Below are positions 46,915 to 55,735 of a stretch of 64,000 bases of DNA, piece by piece. The stretch comes from Oscillospiraceae bacterium (GTDB lineage: Bacteria > Bacillota > Clostridia > Oscillospirales > Ruminococcaceae): the NCBI GenBank assembly GCA_050943435.1, contig JBMNPE010000001.1, forward strand, positions 30,315 to 94,314, in the 5' to 3' direction. The translations under genes and the position numbers were made by a program. How positions within the stretch are numbered: the first letter of the stretch is position 1; every line of letters starts with the position of its first letter. The notes beneath the pieces were generated by a model. The model saw only the letters and a program-made list of their open reading frames with translations. It ran no database searches and had not been told where the DNA came from.

Positions 46915-48561
46915 TTCCGGCTCGGGAGTTACAGAAGGAACGTTGTGCTCCTCCTTTTCCTCATCGGTAGGCGTACCGAAGTCCAGATAATGGTTGCTTC
47001 CGACGCCTCCGCCGTATGTGGCAGTGTTGTCGGTGATAACTACAGAAGCTGAGGCTATGGCGCTCTGCTTGGCTTCCTCGGAAGGCACATTGACGACTGC
47101 GCTTGCCTGCAGAAGGGAAGCTGATTCTACTGCACTAGAAGCTGTATAACGGCTGCTGCTGTTCGATGCCTCCAGAGTGAGTGCACCGCCGTCCAGATAC
47201 CACTCATTGCTTCCGCCTCCAAGCATGGTATCCGTCACTGTTACCCCGGTGTCGCCGCTTCTGGGGGATACATACAGGTCATCTCCGGCTCCGTCAGTGC
47301 CTCTTCTTGATGTCGTGTTATCAAAGAGGGCAATGCCGTCCGCCTCTGCAACGCTGAACATGTCGGCTTCGCCGTCGGGGCAGAACCAGAGGCCGCCACC
47401 CAGAATTCTGGCGGTGTTGCCCATAACCAGAGTGTTTTTAAATGAAGCTCCTCCATATGCCCTTCCACAGTCTAGGAACAAACCGCCGCCCTTGTCATCG
47501 GAAGTGTTTCCGGATATTGTGCCTGAGCTGAGTACTGCATTTGTATAGATATTGCTGAAAATGCCGCCGCCGTGAGTCTGGCCTGCTGAAGAACCGGAAC
47601 TTTCACTGCCGGCACCGGAGCGGTAGGCACAGTTGTTGAGGATGCTGCCGCCATAGAGATAAATGGAGCTTATGGAACTGCTGTCGGAAGAATAGACCGC
47701 TATTCCTCCGCCGTTTCCAACGCATGATGAATTCTCCGCACCTTCTGAGTTTTCATCATGGGACCCGGCAGTATTATCGGAAATTTCCCCTCCGTTGATT
47801 GTGATGGAAGCGCCTTCTGTTACGGCAACGGCACCTCCGAGGGCATTCGCAGTGACAGTGAGGTCGCCCTGGACAGATGCCGATGACAACACACTGTTCC
47901 CGCTGATTGTGCCGTCGTTGATGATTATCGAGGCATCTTCCCCCTCGGCACGCACAGCTCCGCCGAAGGCTGCCTCTTCCGTTGTCGTGCTGCTGTTGCC
48001 CGAGATCGATCCGCCGTTCATTGTGAACGTCCCGTCTACTATGCAGATGGCTGACGCTCCGCCATTTCCATAATCAGAGCTGGCCCCTGAACTGGTGCTG
48101 GAAAAGCCTTCTATCGAGCCGTCATTCATGACCATGTCGCCATAAACAGTAAAAACAGGTGTAGTGCGGCTGCTGCCTGTTCCCGAAATATTTACGTTTT
48201 CTAGTACGAGAACAGCTCCGTCCTCGACGACAAAACCTCCGTCTTCTGAGACCTGGACATCCGCATCCAGATTTTCCTGGTCAGATTTGACTACCAGATA
48301 CGTGCCTTCTTGGACGTCCACAATGCTGCTCAATGTATCCCCGTCGTGCATGAGATAGGTATCCAGCTGGACAAGCGATGTGCTCGTGGATGAAGTTGTT
48401 CCGGAAGCTGATTTAAAAAGAGGTAAAAATATTAGCCCGGATGCTGCAATGACTGCCGCTCCTAGAATCACAGCAATTATTCGCATCAGGTGCTTTTGAT
48501 GAGGAGACGATTTCCTTCTTTTGCAGCCTTTATTATTTTCTGCGTGATAAATAATGGTCAT
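46015..48561 (-). CDS. Large surface protein: signal/TM anchor, beta-helix (Pmp-like GGA/GGG repeats), then CnaB-type repeats. Terminated by an in-frame TGA inside repeat 4.
   Basis: 848-aa ORF. Hydrophobic N-terminus MRIIAVILGAAVIAASGLIFL. Recurrent GGAV/GGGI/GGGL beta-helix rungs. Three complete 87-aa CnaB-like repeats (KVWIGDAG...TYTFTDLD...GNEITYT...GF.VTNT). Confidence 0.85.
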   Translation of the reverse strand: MTIIYHAENNKGCKRRKSSPHQKHLMRIIAVILGAAVIAASGLIFLPLFKSASGTTSSTSTSLVQLDTYLMHDGDTLSSIVDVQEGTYLVVKSDQENLDADVQVSEDGGFVVEDGAVLVLENVNISGTGSSRTTPVFTVYGDMVMNDGSIEGFSSTSSGASSDYGNGGASAICIVDGTFTMNGGSISGNSSTTTEEAAFGGAVRAEGEDASIIINDGTISGNSVLSSASVQGDLTVTANALGGAVAVTEGASITINGGEISDNTAGSHDENSEGAENSSCVGNGGGIAVYSSDSSSISSIYLYGGSILNNCAYRSGAGSESSGSSAGQTHGGGIFSNIYTNAVLSSGTISGNTSDDKGGGLFLDCGRAYGGASFKNTLVMGNTARILGGGLWFCPDGEADMFSVAEADGIALFDNTTSRRGTDGAGDDLYVSPRSGDTGVTVTDTMLGGGSNEWYLDGGALTLEASNSSSRYTASSAVESASLLQASAVVNVPSEEAKQSAIASASVVITDNTATYGGGVGSNHYLDFGTPTDEEKEEHNVPSVTPEPEKISINVEKVWIGDAGAEATVHLFANGTENGSAVLTADSDWSYTFTDLDKTDSEGNEITYTITEDALEGYETSITGDASSGFIVTNTRKISIQVSKVWIGDAGTEATVHLLADGTEAASAVLTAGSGWTYTFTDLDQADSSGNEITYTLTEDEIDGYASEISGDASTGFTVTNTKQIDIQVTKTWIGNEGSEATVHLLADGTEAASAVLTADSGWTYTFTGLDQTDSSGNEITYTLTEDEISGYTSVVTGDASSGFTVTNAEKIDIDVTKVWYGVAGTEATLHLFANGEEIASTTLMTDN

Positions 48562-48682
48562 ACAGAGTTTCCTGTCTTCACTTAGAATTCAAAAAGTGTA
48601 TTTTCACCAAACAATCTAACATCAGTACACTGTATTATACAATAAATAAGAAATAAGCTGGAAAAGGTTTTTTGAGCATCAT

Positions 48683-48982
48683 GTGCAGATACGGCTCTTA
48701 GTATGCACAATCTGCAGACAATCTGAGACAGCGGAATGCACTTTTACCGTCTGGGAAGTGTCTTTGGAGCCCACAGCCAAAGATAAAGACAAAGAAGAGC
48801 GCATCTGCTCCAAATGTGGATATATCGAGAAATCTGAGATCTCAGCGACGGGAACAACAGGGGAAACTGACTCGGAAACACCTAAGACCGGAGATGACAA
48901 CAATGCTGTTCTCTGGGCAGTGCTGATGCTGGCTGCGGCTGGCTTGGGAATTGTAATCTTAAGAAGACGCCCGGAGCGCTGA
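48683..48982 (+). pseudogene. Orphan mini-ORF: Cys-rich segment plus a complete C-terminal cell-wall sorting signal (TPKTG, TM, RRRPER), with no signal peptide
   Basis: 99 codons with a GTG start. The frame opens only at 48650. The tail ETPKTGDDNNAVLWAVLMLAAAGLGIVILRRRPER matches the anchor of the 61903 gene. Followed by a strong terminator. Confidence 0.4.
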
Positions 48983-49036
48983 TTTGATTTGTTTTGGAGA
49001 AACTGCAGTAGTTTCACTGATGCATCGTTAAATGTA

Positions 49037-49077
49037 GCAGGCGGTCGGAGATATTCTCTCCGACCGCCTGCTTTTCC
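49037..49077. terminator. Strong intrinsic terminator bounding the 3' end of the acyl-thioester operon (and the mini-ORF)
   Basis: 15-bp perfect stem GCAGGCGGTCGGAGA/TCTCCGACCGCCTGC with a 5-nt loop, followed by TTTTCC on the plus strand. Confidence 0.85.
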
Positions 49078-49109
49078 TATGGCTTTTTGGATGGTGATGA
49101 CGTTATTGC

Positions 49110-49538
49110 TTAATCGATGATCCTCATATACGGGAAATTGTACTCGTCGCTTATCTTTGCATCGTAGAGCTGGATTTTTACAGTTCCGTTTTCCAGCCTG
49201 TCGACCAGTGCATCGCAGTCCTCCGGGGAGACGCCTTCCAGAACTCCGGCGTAGTACATGCCTTCCTTGAGTTTGGCGTATCCGGTGACTTCCGGGTCTG
49301 TTGAGTACCCGAAAATTCCGGTCATGCTCACGGAAAATGACAGAAGTTCGCCTTCCCCTGACATTTCCACCCATTCCATATCCTTATAATTTCCGCATTT
49401 GTTGCAGACAGGAAGAGGAGGAAATTCGACATTGCCGCACTTCGGGCATCTGAGCCCAAGTATCTTTCCTTCCTTGAGAGAGTCATACCATTCCTTGACG
49501 ATAGGTTCCATTCCTTTTAGTTTCTGCATCAGTTCCAC
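49110..49538 (-). CDS. DUF35 Zn-ribbon/OB-fold protein (thiolase partner)
   Basis: 142 aa. Zn ribbon RCPKCGNVEFPPLPVCNKCG followed by an OB-fold region. Starts 4 nt after the thiolase stop. Confidence 0.85.
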   Translation of the reverse strand: MELMQKLKGMEPIVKEWYDSLKEGKILGLRCPKCGNVEFPPLPVCNKCGNYKDMEWVEMSGEGELLSFSVSMTGIFGYSTDPEVTGYAKLKEGMYYAGVLEGVSPEDCDALVDRLENGTVKIQLYDAKISDEYNFPYMRIID

Positions 49539-49542
49539 CTCC

Positions 49543-50826
49543 TCACAGCGACTTCAGGACAACTGCTCCGGTGTTGAAGCCGGCTCCTCCGCCCCATACC
49601 ACGCTGATTTTTGGAATCTTCTTCATCTGCCTGGGGCCGTTTTCACCGCGCATCTGCTTTACAGCTTCATCAACTTCGATGATAAACGCAGGCGAACGAG
49701 GATGCCCGGACTGAGTCCTGCCGCCGGAAGTCGTGATCGGCTTTTTGCCGTCGAATGCCATCTCGCCGTCGCGCATGTATTTCCAGGCTTCGCCCTTCGG
49801 AATATATCCCGCTGCCTCAGAGACATCCAGCACCATGGTGGCAGGGCAGTCGTGGACACCGAGATAATCGATCTGGGAAGCAGGGTCTGTGATTCCGGCC
49901 ATCTTGTACAGGTTCGGGAAGATAACCGTGTTGGGTACTGTGGGAACCACACAGCTCTGATTGTCGCGCGAACCGATTGTATAGATGCCTGCAACCTCTA
50001 TCGGCTTTTCCACATATTTCTTCGCCATGTCAGTTGCGCACACAATGACTGCCGAAGCCCCGTCGATTATCTGTCCGAGATACCTCGCGCGGACAAGATA
50101 GCTCATGTATGGATTGAACTTGTTGCTGCGCAGGTAATCGTCTACACTGTCAAACCCGAAGTGCTTTGCCTCGTCTTCGAAGCTCATGGTTATGCGAGTT
50201 GCCTTCGGATTGGTCATGGCCTCGCGGCGCTTGCTCTTGAGATATCCGATGAAGCAGTCTTCTATATCGGATTTCTTGAGGTGATTGTCGATCATGTACC
50301 TCACAAGGACTGCCTCTGTCGGCCCTACGCCTGAATATGCCGGAGCCTGGTATGCTGAATCAGTCGATGCATAGACAGAGGCCCAGAGTGCGTCGTTGCT
50401 GAATTCGACGCGGTCCTGCGGCGGCATTCCCGGCTTCTGGACGCAGGAATTGATGTTGACGGCTCCAGAGAGTACGCAGTCATACTTTCCGGAAGCTACT
50501 GCCTGGACTGCAATGTCGAGGCCGAAAGCCATGGAGCCGCAGCCTTCATCGTGGAAAATGGTCGGGCGGTTGCGGAGTCCGATCCACTCGCCGAAGAAAG
50601 GAGCGGCGCTCTTCATGTTGGAATAATTCGGGCCTGACATGCCCACATAGTAGGCGTCTATATCCTCGGGCCCTATGTTCCCGCTGTCCATGGCTTCGAT
50701 GCTTGCCATGGCGAACAATTCCCTCTCGGTCATGTTCAGGATCTGCGGCGTATGGCGCACATCTCCCAGCGGTGTATACCCGGTGCTGATTATTGAGACG
50801 CTCCGGGCCAGCTTCAAATCTGCCAT
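49543..50826 (-). CDS. Thiolase-superfamily protein (archaeal/SCP-x-type thiolase-like)
   Basis: 427 aa from ATG 50826, preceded by GGGAGGA. Candidate nucleophile DEGCGSM, with C-terminal GVHDCPA and GHPRSPAF blocks. The longer 478-aa ORF is rejected. Confidence 0.85.
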   Translation of the reverse strand: MADLKLARSVSIISTGYTPLGDVRHTPQILNMTERELFAMASIEAMDSGNIGPEDIDAYYVGMSGPNYSNMKSAAPFFGEWIGLRNRPTIFHDEGCGSMAFGLDIAVQAVASGKYDCVLSGAVNINSCVQKPGMPPQDRVEFSNDALWASVYASTDSAYQAPAYSGVGPTEAVLVRYMIDNHLKKSDIEDCFIGYLKSKRREAMTNPKATRITMSFEDEAKHFGFDSVDDYLRSNKFNPYMSYLVRARYLGQIIDGASAVIVCATDMAKKYVEKPIEVAGIYTIGSRDNQSCVVPTVPNTVIFPNLYKMAGITDPASQIDYLGVHDCPATMVLDVSEAAGYIPKGEAWKYMRDGEMAFDGKKPITTSGGRTQSGHPRSPAFIIEVDEAVKQMRGENGPRQMKKIPKISVVWGGGAGFNTGAVVLKSL

Positions 50827-50839
50827 GATAATCCTCCCG

Positions 50840-51748
50840 TCACTCTTTCTTTGATGCAGCTTCCCTGGCATCCTCCTCTGCGTTGATCCTCTGAAGCTTG
50901 CGTGTGGCCTCATCATGCGTGACGACATCGTTGTCCTTGCTGATGCTGATAGCCAGACTTGACCACATCTCTGTTCCAAAGGTCATGCGGAGTTCCTTTG
51001 CCAGCTGTTCCTTGACAGGCTCGCGGGTGATCTGGGTTGTGACGCGCCTTGTGATCCTTGGCGCCTTTGCAATCTGTTCGCCTATTTCCTGTGCGCGCTG
51101 CCAGATTTTATCCTTAGGCAGGACCTCGTTGACCATTCCGTACTCCAGGGCTGTCTTTGCATCAATGCGCTGCCCGGTGAGCATCGCGTAATTGGCCCTC
51201 TTGTAGCCCATAGCCGTTCGGAGTCCGATTTCAATTCCGTCTCCGGGTACCCCGCCAAGAATATAATGCGGGTCCGCTATAACGGCATCCTCGGCCATCA
51301 GGGTGATATCGCATAGCAGGGCTATTTCTGAATGGAAGCAGTAGCCACCGTTGATAACACCGATGGTGGGCTGCTCCACATCGTTAACCAGGCCTTCAAT
51401 CATGTTGCAGCCGTCATAGTAGCTGTGCTCGTAATAAGACCATGCCTGTGTCTGCAGGGTCTCCTTGATGCTGGTCTGGTCGCTCGCGATAAGCCAGTTG
51501 TCGCCGGCTCCACCGATGATGAGAACCTCTGTCTCTGCATCCTGCCCGACAGTCCAGAACAGCTGGCCCAGTCCTCTGTGAAGGGGGTAGTCCCATGGGG
51601 CAGAGTCCCCGTTCTTGTGCCATTTGGCAGTAAGGACTCCGCTCTCGCTTCTCTCGAGCAGGAACAGATCCTTGAATTTTTCCTTGTACTCGTCGAATGT
51701 GGTGTACTTGATCATCAACGGGCTTTCACACTGTGGTACCTTCGGCAT
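50840..51748 (-). CDS. Crotonase-superfamily (enoyl-CoA hydratase/isomerase-like) protein
   Basis: 302 aa from ATG 51748, preceded by AAAGGAGGA. Oxyanion-hole-type blocks VLIIGGAGDNW and VINGGYCFHSEIALLCDITLMAED. An alternative ATG at 51868 overlaps the fabD stop (TGATG). Confidence 0.8.
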   Translation of the reverse strand: MPKVPQCESPLMIKYTTFDEYKEKFKDLFLLERSESGVLTAKWHKNGDSAPWDYPLHRGLGQLFWTVGQDAETEVLIIGGAGDNWLIASDQTSIKETLQTQAWSYYEHSYYDGCNMIEGLVNDVEQPTIGVINGGYCFHSEIALLCDITLMAEDAVIADPHYILGGVPGDGIEIGLRTAMGYKRANYAMLTGQRIDAKTALEYGMVNEVLPKDKIWQRAQEIGEQIAKAPRITRRVTTQITREPVKEQLAKELRMTFGTEMWSSLAISISKDNDVVTHDEATRKLQRINAEEDAREAASKKE

Positions 51749-51867
51749 AATAAATCCTCCTTTGCAAGGCTTGTGCCTTAATCGGCAAATATTTTTCCGT
51801 GTAATTTTCCACGGTTCCGCACCTATAAGATTTTTTAACTGAACTTGACTGTATGGTTTTTCTGTCA

Positions 51868-52797
51868 TCAGGACAGACTGCTAATATCATTCAGGTTCCC
51901 GATGTTGATGGTCTTCATATCTGGATTTATCCGTTTCATAAGTCCAGCCAGGACCTGCCCGGGCCCTATCTCGACAAAGGTATCAACCCCCTGAGAGATC
52001 ATGTACTGGACGGACTGCTCCCATAGAACGCTGTGATTTACCTGCTCCTCCAGCTCCGAGCGGATGTCTTGAATATCTTTAAGGGGCCCTGCCGTAGTAT
52101 TTCCGATAATCTTCACGGACGGCATCTTCAGGGAAACTGCTTCAATCTCCGGAGTGAGCTTCTCGGCTGCAGGCTTCATAAAGGGAGAATGGAATGCCCC
52201 GGAAACCTTGAGGGGAATGCCGAATTTTCCGCCATAATCCTTGACCTTGCCGCAGGCGGCTTCGACGGCATCCAGTGTGCCTGAGATGACCACCTGGCCC
52301 GGACAGTTGAAGTTGGCTGAACAGGTTCCCGTTTCCTCGCAGAGCTTCCTAATGTTTTCCTCTGGTACTGCGATGACGGCGGCCATGCCTCCCGGGTTCA
52401 GCTGTCCCGCTTCGTACATATACTGCCCGCGGTCGCGCGAGAGCCTGACAGCATCTTCAAACGACAGGCTTCCGGCAGCGGTCAGCGCTGTATACTCGCC
52501 GAGGCTGTGCCCGGCCATATATTCCGCCTCTGGCACCAGGCGCTTTCCCGTTTCTCTTTCCTTTTCACGGAGAGCCTCCAGGCACGCGATGGACATGGTC
52601 AGCAGGGCGGGCTGCGCGTTCATGGTTTTCTTGAGCTCATCCTCCGGGCCTTCAAAGCACATCTTTGAAAGGGGAAATCCGAGAATGCTGTCAGCCCGGT
52701 CAAATATATCCCTTGCCGCCGGGCTCTCCCTGTAAAGATCAAGCCCCATCCCGGCAAACTGTGCTCCCTGCCCAGGGAAAATGTATGCTGTACTCAC
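51868..52797 (-). CDS. fabD: Malonyl-CoA:ACP transacylase (FabD-type acyltransferase)
   Basis: FPGQGAQ and GHSLGEY motifs. GTG start at 52797 (VSTAYIFPGQGAQ), 10 nt after GAGGAG. This avoids overlap with the ACP gene. Confidence 0.88.
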   Translation of the reverse strand: MSTAYIFPGQGAQFAGMGLDLYRESPAARDIFDRADSILGFPLSKMCFEGPEDELKKTMNAQPALLTMSIACLEALREKERETGKRLVPEAEYMAGHSLGEYTALTAAGSLSFEDAVRLSRDRGQYMYEAGQLNPGGMAAVIAVPEENIRKLCEETGTCSANFNCPGQVVISGTLDAVEAACGKVKDYGGKFGIPLKVSGAFHSPFMKPAAEKLTPEIEAVSLKMPSVKIIGNTTAGPLKDIQDIRSELEEQVNHSVLWEQSVQYMISQGVDTFVEIGPGQVLAGLMKRINPDMKTINIGNLNDISSLS

Positions 52798-52819
52798 TTT
52801 ACATATACTCCTCGGAAGT

Positions 52820-53077
52820 TCAGGCCTTTTTATAGCTTTCAGCAAGCTTCACGACATCTCCGATCGTCGCACACTTTTTAAGCGCATCTATAGACGGAGA
52901 CTTTCCTGTCATTTCCTCAATGGTGGCTGCCATCCCGAAGTACTGCATCGATGCAGCATTCAGATCCTCCACCAGCCTCGAATCCAACGTCACCTTTCTG
53001 TCGTCCTTGAGGGAAAACAGCATCTGCACTTCATCAAGAAATTTCTCTGCAGTTTCACTCATTTTTGTTTCTGACAT
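52820..53077 (-). CDS. Acyl carrier protein (orphan, non-canonical ASM instead of DSL)
   Basis: 85 aa from ATG 53077, 10 nt after GGAGGA. VEDLNAASMQYFGMAATIEEM aligns position by position with E. coli AcpP [21 protein letters not shown], placing a Ser at the phosphopantetheine site. Confidence 0.8.
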   Translation of the reverse strand: MSETKMSETAEKFLDEVQMLFSLKDDRKVTLDSRLVEDLNAASMQYFGMAATIEEMTGKSPSIDALKKCATIGDVVKLAESYKKA

Positions 53078-53140
53078 GATCAATATTCCTCCTTCTGAAT
53101 ATGCTGTATGAATGACTGCCAGTCGTTATAAAAACGATGT

Positions 53141-54682
53141 CTACAAAGGGATGTTTCCGTGCTTCTTCCTGACCGGGTCCTCATGTTTCCCCGTTAGGGA
53201 ACGGAAAGCTTCTAGAAGCCTGCCCCGGGTTTCAGAAGGCAGGATGATGTCGTCGATATACCCTCTGGATGCCGCTATGTCGGGGTTCATGAACAGATCC
53301 TCGTATTCCCTTATCCTCTCTGAGCGGACCTGAGCAGGATTTTCAGAATTCTTTATTTCCTTGGAGAAAATTATGTCAGCAGCTCCTTCTGCCCCCATCA
53401 CCGCAATCTGTGCCCCAGGCCACGCATACACGACGTCAGCCCCGAGGTGCCGTGAACACATTCCTATGTATGCGCCTCCGTATGCTTTCCTCAGGATGAG
53501 GGTTACTTTTGGCACAACTGCCTCGGAGTAGGCGTAGAGAAGCTTGGCTCCATGGCGGATGATGCCTCCGTGCTCCTGCGATGTCCCGGGCATGTATCCG
53601 GGAACGTCTACCAGGGTGAGCAGAGCGATGCCGAATGCGTCGCAGAATCTTACGAAGCGAGCCGCCTTGTCAGAGGCATTTATATCGAGGCACCCTGCAT
53701 AGATCTTTGGCTGAGACGCGACGACTCCAACTGTTTTTCCATTCATCCGGATAAAGCCCGTCAGGATATTTCTGGCGTAGTCCTTCTGAATCTCGAAAAA
53801 TTCATGGTCGTCTGACAGCTGCTCGACGACATTGTGCATGTCGTAGCTTTTTCTGTAGTCGTCCGGCACGATGCCCTCCAGGCTGCAGCCGCCATCCAGG
53901 TCTGTCTTCTCGGCCTTGATTTCAGGGACGGGGTCTTCGCAGCTAGACGGAAGGTAGGAGAGTAGTGTGCGTATTTTGGCAAGGCACTCGTCCTCGGTCC
54001 TGCAGGTGAAGTGGGAGCATCCGCTGATTTTCTCATGCGTGTCAGCCCCTCCAAGGTCCTCGGCAGTAGTCTTTTCCCCGATCACTTCCTCCACAACCTT
54101 TGGCCCGGTGATGAACATCTGGCTTTCGCCCTGCACCATGAACACGAAATCCGTAATCGCGGGGGAATAGACTGCCCCTCCGGCGCATGGCCCCATGATG
54201 GCTGAAATCTGCGGTATTACTCCGGACGCGCGGGTGTTGTTGAAAAAGATTTTTCCGTAGCCTGCGAGGGCATCCACGCCCTCCTGTATCCTGGCTCCGC
54301 CTGAATCATTGATCGCAATGATCGGGGCATGCATGCGCATGGCTTCTTCCTGGACGCGCGCTATTTTCCGGGCATGCATCTCCCCGAGGGAGCCGCCGCC
54401 TACGGTAAAATCCTGGGCATATGCGTAGACAAGCCTTCCGTCGATCAGGCCGTGGCCGGTGATCACTCCGTCTGCGGGGTATTTTTTCGCTTCCATCCCG
54501 AAATTTGTGCAGCGGTGGGTCACAAACAGCCCCTCTTCCACGAATGTACCTGCGTCGAAGAGCTTGTCTATGCGCTCGCGTGCAGTCAGTTTCCCTCTGT
54601 CGTGCTGCTTCTTTACAGCCGAATCGCTTCCTGTGCGGAGCGTTTCCCTTCTTTTCAGCAATTCTTCCTGCTTGATGTTCAT
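53141..54682 (-). CDS. Acyl-CoA carboxyltransferase (PccB / methylmalonyl-CoA decarboxylase alpha type)
   Basis: 513 aa from ATG 54682. Both CT half-domains are present: N-terminal block AINDSGGARIQEGVDALAGYG and C-terminal block VDVPGYMPGTSQEHGGIIRHGAK. Confidence 0.9.
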   Translation of the reverse strand: MNIKQEELLKRRETLRTGSDSAVKKQHDRGKLTARERIDKLFDAGTFVEEGLFVTHRCTNFGMEAKKYPADGVITGHGLIDGRLVYAYAQDFTVGGGSLGEMHARKIARVQEEAMRMHAPIIAINDSGGARIQEGVDALAGYGKIFFNNTRASGVIPQISAIMGPCAGGAVYSPAITDFVFMVQGESQMFITGPKVVEEVIGEKTTAEDLGGADTHEKISGCSHFTCRTEDECLAKIRTLLSYLPSSCEDPVPEIKAEKTDLDGGCSLEGIVPDDYRKSYDMHNVVEQLSDDHEFFEIQKDYARNILTGFIRMNGKTVGVVASQPKIYAGCLDINASDKAARFVRFCDAFGIALLTLVDVPGYMPGTSQEHGGIIRHGAKLLYAYSEAVVPKVTLILRKAYGGAYIGMCSRHLGADVVYAWPGAQIAVMGAEGAADIIFSKEIKNSENPAQVRSERIREYEDLFMNPDIAASRGYIDDIILPSETRGRLLEAFRSLTGKHEDPVRKKHGNIPL

Positions 54683-54854
54683 TTGGCCACCTGTCTGACA
54701 ATGCCGCCGGGGAGATGGAGCCAGTTCAATTTCTTTCTCCAAGAGATGCAGACCTGTCATCTTCCCGGGCCGCTTCTGTGTTTTGCACTAAAATCTGCTT
54801 TTATTAAAATCAAATTTTGTATTAGCTGCAGTACACAAGCCGGAATCCATCTGC

Positions 54855-54873
54855 ACACTTCTTTGAAAAGTGT
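54855..54873. promoter_or_regulatory. Inverted repeat ACACTT-N7-AAGTGT in the operon's upstream region (candidate operator)
   Basis: A 6-7-6 palindrome about 175 nt upstream of the carboxyltransferase start and downstream of the tetR terminator. Confidence 0.3.
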
Positions 54874-54958
54874 TCAAATATTTTCTTCGGATATGTTCTT
54901 TGCACCGTCTGTGGGCCGGATAAGCCGTGATTTACAGAAGGTTTATTGGAGGGTGGTC

Positions 54959-54992
54959 AAAAAAACGCCGGCTGAAAATGATTCAGCCGACG
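54959..54992 (-). terminator. Intrinsic terminator after tetR
   Basis: The minus strand reads CGTCGGCTGA-ATCATTT-TCAGCCGGCG (one mismatch), followed by T7. Confidence 0.8.
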
Positions 54993-55028
54993 AATATATT
55001 TTGTTATGAGTGTCTGCAAGAAGAAATA

Positions 55029-55598
55029 TCAATTGTTCTGATTTAGAAATCCCGATTCGTCGAGGAGGACGAGAACTTTAGAAAGATAAGCCGTGACATC
55101 TGCTTCAGATATGCGGTCGCTGTTTTCTGCCCAGCAGCAGTAGATTCCCCACTGTATGCTTGCCAGCATCGCAATGGACAATTCGGACTCTACGCTGGTT
55201 TTCTCAAAAACAGTGGTGTAAAGGGCATAGTACATATTCCTCATTCTCTCGGTCAGCTTCTCGTGAAATGCAGGGTCGCCGTTAGGCCCGCTCAGGACCC
55301 TGAATTCATGAAGATGAGTACCTACATAATGGATTGTAGGGGTGAGCATCTCGGAAAAGCTCTTGTGGTTAAATGTGTAATTTCTTATCCGGCTGACCGC
55401 ATCCGCTTCATCATAGATTCCCTGGATGAAATTATCCTCAAGCTCATCGACGGCATCCTGCACAGTCTTGAAGTAGAAGTAGAAAGTGCTGCGGCTTATT
55501 CCGGCTTCTTCGGTAATCCGGCTGACCTTGATCTGGTTATATGGAGTTGTCTCCATAAGACTGATGATAGTCTTGAGGATGAGTTCGGATTTTACCAT
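55029..55598 (-). CDS. TetR/AcrR-family transcriptional regulator
   Basis: 189 aa with N-terminal HTH KVSRITEEAGISRSTFYFYFKTV. Confidence 0.88.
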   Translation of the reverse strand: MVKSELILKTIISLMETTPYNQIKVSRITEEAGISRSTFYFYFKTVQDAVDELEDNFIQGIYDEADAVSRIRNYTFNHKSFSEMLTPTIHYVGTHLHEFRVLSGPNGDPAFHEKLTERMRNMYYALYTTVFEKTSVESELSIAMLASIQWGIYCCWAENSDRISEADVTAYLSKVLVLLDESGFLNQNN

Positions 55599-55735
55599 AG
55601 CGCACCAGCATTTCCTTTATGTGATGGTTTGTCTATTTATCATAAAAATTATATCATCACATTGAGAAATTATCGCATATTGACAAGCACTGTTATCGGC
55701 AGGGCAATATCAGCACTATCAGGCAGGCGGGGAAA

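Noticed and set aside
51749-51868. Alternative crotonase start at ATG 51868, overlapping the fabD stop (TGATG coupling)
   Set aside because: The extra 40 codons are AT-rich, unlike the rest of the gene, and contain the AAAGGAGGA box that serves ATG 51748. The conserved fold begins after Met41. It is kept as a possibility, not excluded.
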